Shown here in pieces: positions 31,973 to 34,827 of a stretch of DNA of 34,827 nucleotides. The notes under the pieces were generated by a model. That model was not told where the DNA came from. It did no database searches and saw only the letters and a list, made by a program, of their open reading frames with translations. The position numbers were made by a program, and so were the translations under genes. The DNA is taken from assembly GCF_004010195.1 (NCBI RefSeq), contig NC_057746.1:33154597-33189423 (forward strand), written 5' to 3'. This stretch comes from Chiloscyllium plagiosum (Eukaryota). Each line of letters opens with the position of its first letter. The stretch's first letter is position 1.

Positions 31973-33516
31973 CACTTAAAATCCTTCCCAGAAGTCCTTC
32001 GCTCCTCCCTCGCACCTCTCGGCAAATGGAGGCCCCAACACCTGAAGTGAGTCTTTTAAACAGTTGTACTTTTAAATGGATAGTTCAGTCCTTGTAGATA
32101 AAGATGTACAGAGCATCCACACGCTCACCACTGCCCAGGCTCCTCCTAACTGCTGATGGCTAGGCCTCACGCTGGTCCCTGGCTCTTGAGTAGATTCACC
32201 CCTTAAAGCCACATTATTACTTTGAAAAAACAATTAAGCCAAGGTAATTATTTTTATTATTTAATGCTTGCAACAGCTCTAAGGTGAATTCACAATCCTT
32301 AGAGATCAGTTATTCATTACCTAAGATTGTCTGTTTTATTTAACATTTAGTTAAAGGGGAAATATTCTTTTTTTACTATTAATAGTTTCAAATCACCATG
32401 AGTGGGTAAGAGAATGAAATAGCTCTCACTCCGTCTGATGAGGAATGTCACTTCAGTGTTTCGTTGGTGAGGGCATTTGAAGATTTCAGATGATTGGGTC
32501 AATCGTTGGTAGGAACATCAACTGAAAGAGAAAGATTATTTCAAGAGCAGGTTCATGATGGGCACAATTTCTAATGAAGAGCCTTCCTGCAGGAGGTTAT
32601 GAGCTGAACTTGTCACACGTTGAAGGATGATGCTGGTCAGTAGGCCCCAGCGATGGGATAGCTCACTGGGTCACTGACCAACCAGCTCCTCTCAGGCTGA
32701 GAGGGGAGTGATGGCAATTAACTCGCCCTATCATATTCCCCTACCCTCACCAACACTGCAGATCCGAGTGACCAGAAGTGGCTGGCCTATCAGAGGCTGT
32801 CAGGAACTTTCAGATCTAGAAGTCCAAGTTTGAGGACTACAAATGAGTGGTCGGGGTGTGGAGTGGGGGTGGTAGGGGGAGCGAGTTGAATCCAACAGGG
32901 GAAGGATTTTATTTCTTCTTCTTGGGAGAGGTGGGCAGAGGCAATGACAGAGGGGTGGCTTTCAGACCTCACCTGCCCCACATTCATGCTGATTGGGTCA
33001 CCATGGTTACACCAGTCAGGAAAGTAGTCACTTCTCTCACCTTAGTGAAAGGGGTCAAGGGAGGGGCGGGGGGGGATGCAGGAGGGTAGGGGGCAAGCCG
33101 AGGCTATTAGTTGGTCACTAATTGATTGTTTAAGAGCCTTAATTACTGTCTGGTTGAGACTGTTGCCCTTTGACCTTTTTTCCCAGGATTTTGAGTCAGA
33201 GGGGGCAGGAAGGTGGGGACGGCATCTCTCCGGGGCAAACCTGCCCTTTTCTTTATCCCCCTTCTCACTACCTCCAGGATGGACAAAATGTTTCTAAATT
33301 ACTATTTGAAAAAAAAAATGCGTGGGATCCTCAGCTCTAAAAGCAAGGCAGAGGGTGTGGTTTGTATTCAGTGGACAGGAGGGACAGACAGCGATTTAAC
33401 TTAAAAAGGACACTACAGCCCATCCCACCTACACCGCCAGACACTTTCATGTTCAATGCTGGGGCCTTGCTGACTTTTCTGAATCCTGCTGAAAACAGAG
33501 ACATTTTCCATCTTCT

Positions 33517-33610
33517 GGATTAGTGGTGCTGGAAAAACACAGCAGTTCAGGCAGCATCCAGGGAACAGTAAAATCGATGTTTCAGGCAAAAGCCCTTCAT
33601 CAGGAATACA
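33517..33610 (-). mobile_element. Penelope family B pLTR fragment
   Basis: GTGGTGCTGGAAAAACACAGCAG...GCAGCATCC, as at 6278-6313. Confidence 0.75.
33572..33607 (-). ncRNA. Minimal hammerhead motif, core intact
   Basis: AUUC-CUGAUGA-A-GGGC(UUUU)GCCU-GAAA-CA-UC^GAUU. Helix III ACGU appears mutated to ACAU. Confidence 0.6.
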
Positions 33611-34444
33611 TTTTCCATCATCTGTTTATCAGAACATGTGCAAGAATGTCAAATTTCACAACCATTTCTACATGGGGGTGGGGTGGGGCAAGAGAAACAT
33701 GGCTTGTTCAGCTAGCAAGCCAACTCTGACTGGCTGAGGTCTTACCATGGAGAACAATTTGCCCCCCATGCTCTCACTAATTCAGTGTACTAGAATGTAT
33801 ACATTTAGTATGCAGAGGATGAGGCAGTGTGAAAGAGTGTGTGTTCCTTCCAGCACAGGCATAAATGCATCATATTGCAAAGGTGTTGACATATGTAGCT
33901 AGTTTCAGCTGCAGACAGAGAGTTGAGAGGTTGGTGCCAGCGGTTCTGAGAAGCACAACTGGCTGGGGAGATTTGGAAGATCCAACGCAGCCATATGACA
34001 CAGAAAGAGGCCTTTTTTGGTCTAGATCCCTTTTCCTATCCATGTATCTGTACAAACTGTGGAGATCTGGGGGCAACAGCTAGTCCAAATCCAAGACCTC
34101 ACTTCCAAATCACTTTCTGAGGATCTGGGAGATCCAATTGATGAGAGTGAAGTTTTTAAATTGTGGATTGGCAGTGAGGCAGCCATTTCCCATCTGTAAC
34201 TCCCCGATTCCCAACACTCCACTCTCTCAAAGACTTTGCACCTCGGCCAAATGCTGTTTTGTTTTGGGTTTCAATTTTCGTCCACCAGAGAGTTCAAATC
34301 AGAAAATTAGCATCAAAACTTTATAAATCATCAATTGATTGACATCTGGGTGTTCTAATCTAATTCTGGGCAGCAAACATTCCAAACACATCAAGGTGTC
34401 GAAGAGGAGATTTATTTGACCAGAGCAGCCACAGCGGTGAGGGA

Positions 34445-34543
34445 ACAAAACAGAAATAATTGGAGAAACTCAGCAGCTCTGGCAGCCTCTGAGCAGAGAG
34501 AAACAGAGTTAACGTTTCAGGTCCAGTGACCGTTTTACAGAAC
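34445..34543 (-). mobile_element. Penelope pLTR fragment (third family) with decayed hammerhead
   Basis: GTT-CTGTAAA-A-CGGTC(ACTG)GACCT-GAAA-CGTT-AAC; the CUGANGA box is mutated. Confidence 0.6.
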
Positions 34544-34579
34544 AAAGTGAGGGACTTCAGTTTAGAGGGGAAACTGAAG

Positions 34580-34827
34580 GATGAGGGTGTGGAGGTAGTG
34601 AGGATGAGGGTGTGGAGTGTGTAAGGGGGTAGTGAGGGTGAGGATATGGTGTGTGTAAGGGGGTAGTGAGGGTATGGTGGTGGTGTGTAAAGGGGTCATG
34701 AGGGTGAGGGTGTGGTCTGTGTAGGGGGTAGTGAGGGTGAGGGTGTGGAGTGTGTAATGGGGTCCTGAGGCTGAGGGTGTGGAGTGTGTAACGGGGTCGT
34801 GAGGGTAAGGGTGTGGTGTGTGTCGGG
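34580..34827. repeat. G-rich minisatellite, ~33-34-bp unit, runs off the window
   Basis: AGTGAGGGTGAGGGTGTGGAGTGTGTAAGGGGGT-like unit repeated about 7 times. Confidence 0.9.

Noticed and set aside
31972-32041. 70-nt minus-strand exon-like segment (cag|...|gtgag) next to the CR1 5' end
   Set aside because: No recognisable peptide or partner exon; may be CR1 5' sequence or chance. Needs RNA-seq.
32432-32470. CTGATGA as another hammerhead
   Set aside because: No helix II followed by GAAA and no Penelope flanks.
5500-34827. Exons of the expected neighbours (TOR1 family, PRRX2)
   Set aside because: I recognised no torsin or homeodomain peptide in the ORF track or in the stretches read by eye; short exons could have been missed.

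Overview
Vertebrate genomic DNA, most likely from a cartilaginous fish (shark); this is inferred from HE1/V-SINE-like tRNA SINEs and from the style of the CR1 and Penelope repeats. The one recognisable host gene is a complete 3-exon PTGES (microsomal prostaglandin E synthase-1, MAPEG family) on the minus strand. Its CDS exons are 5188-5072, 3386-3304 and 1868-1619 (450 nt, 149 aa), all with GT-AG junctions; exon 2 is missing from the ORF track. It has a candidate TATA/ETS/C-EBP/NF-kB/p53-half-site promoter and a candidate ~1.3 kb 3' UTR with an AU-rich element. The remaining ~29 kb upstream is mostly decayed retroelements (CR1, an L2/CR1-group LINE, Rex1/Babar, SINEs, a Gypsy integrase fossil, a Penelope GIY-YIG fragment), two tandem repeats and two assembly gaps. 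The most notable hidden structure is at least eight minimal hammerhead-ribozyme motifs from several Penelope-derived families. Their helices covary, and most sit in short non-coding hairpin or inverted-repeat elements, one of which has a 16-bp target-site duplication. One motif has an intact core and lies on the sense strand of PTGES intron 1. Most ORF-track entries are repeat fragments or chance ORFs. Repeat boundaries are approximate.
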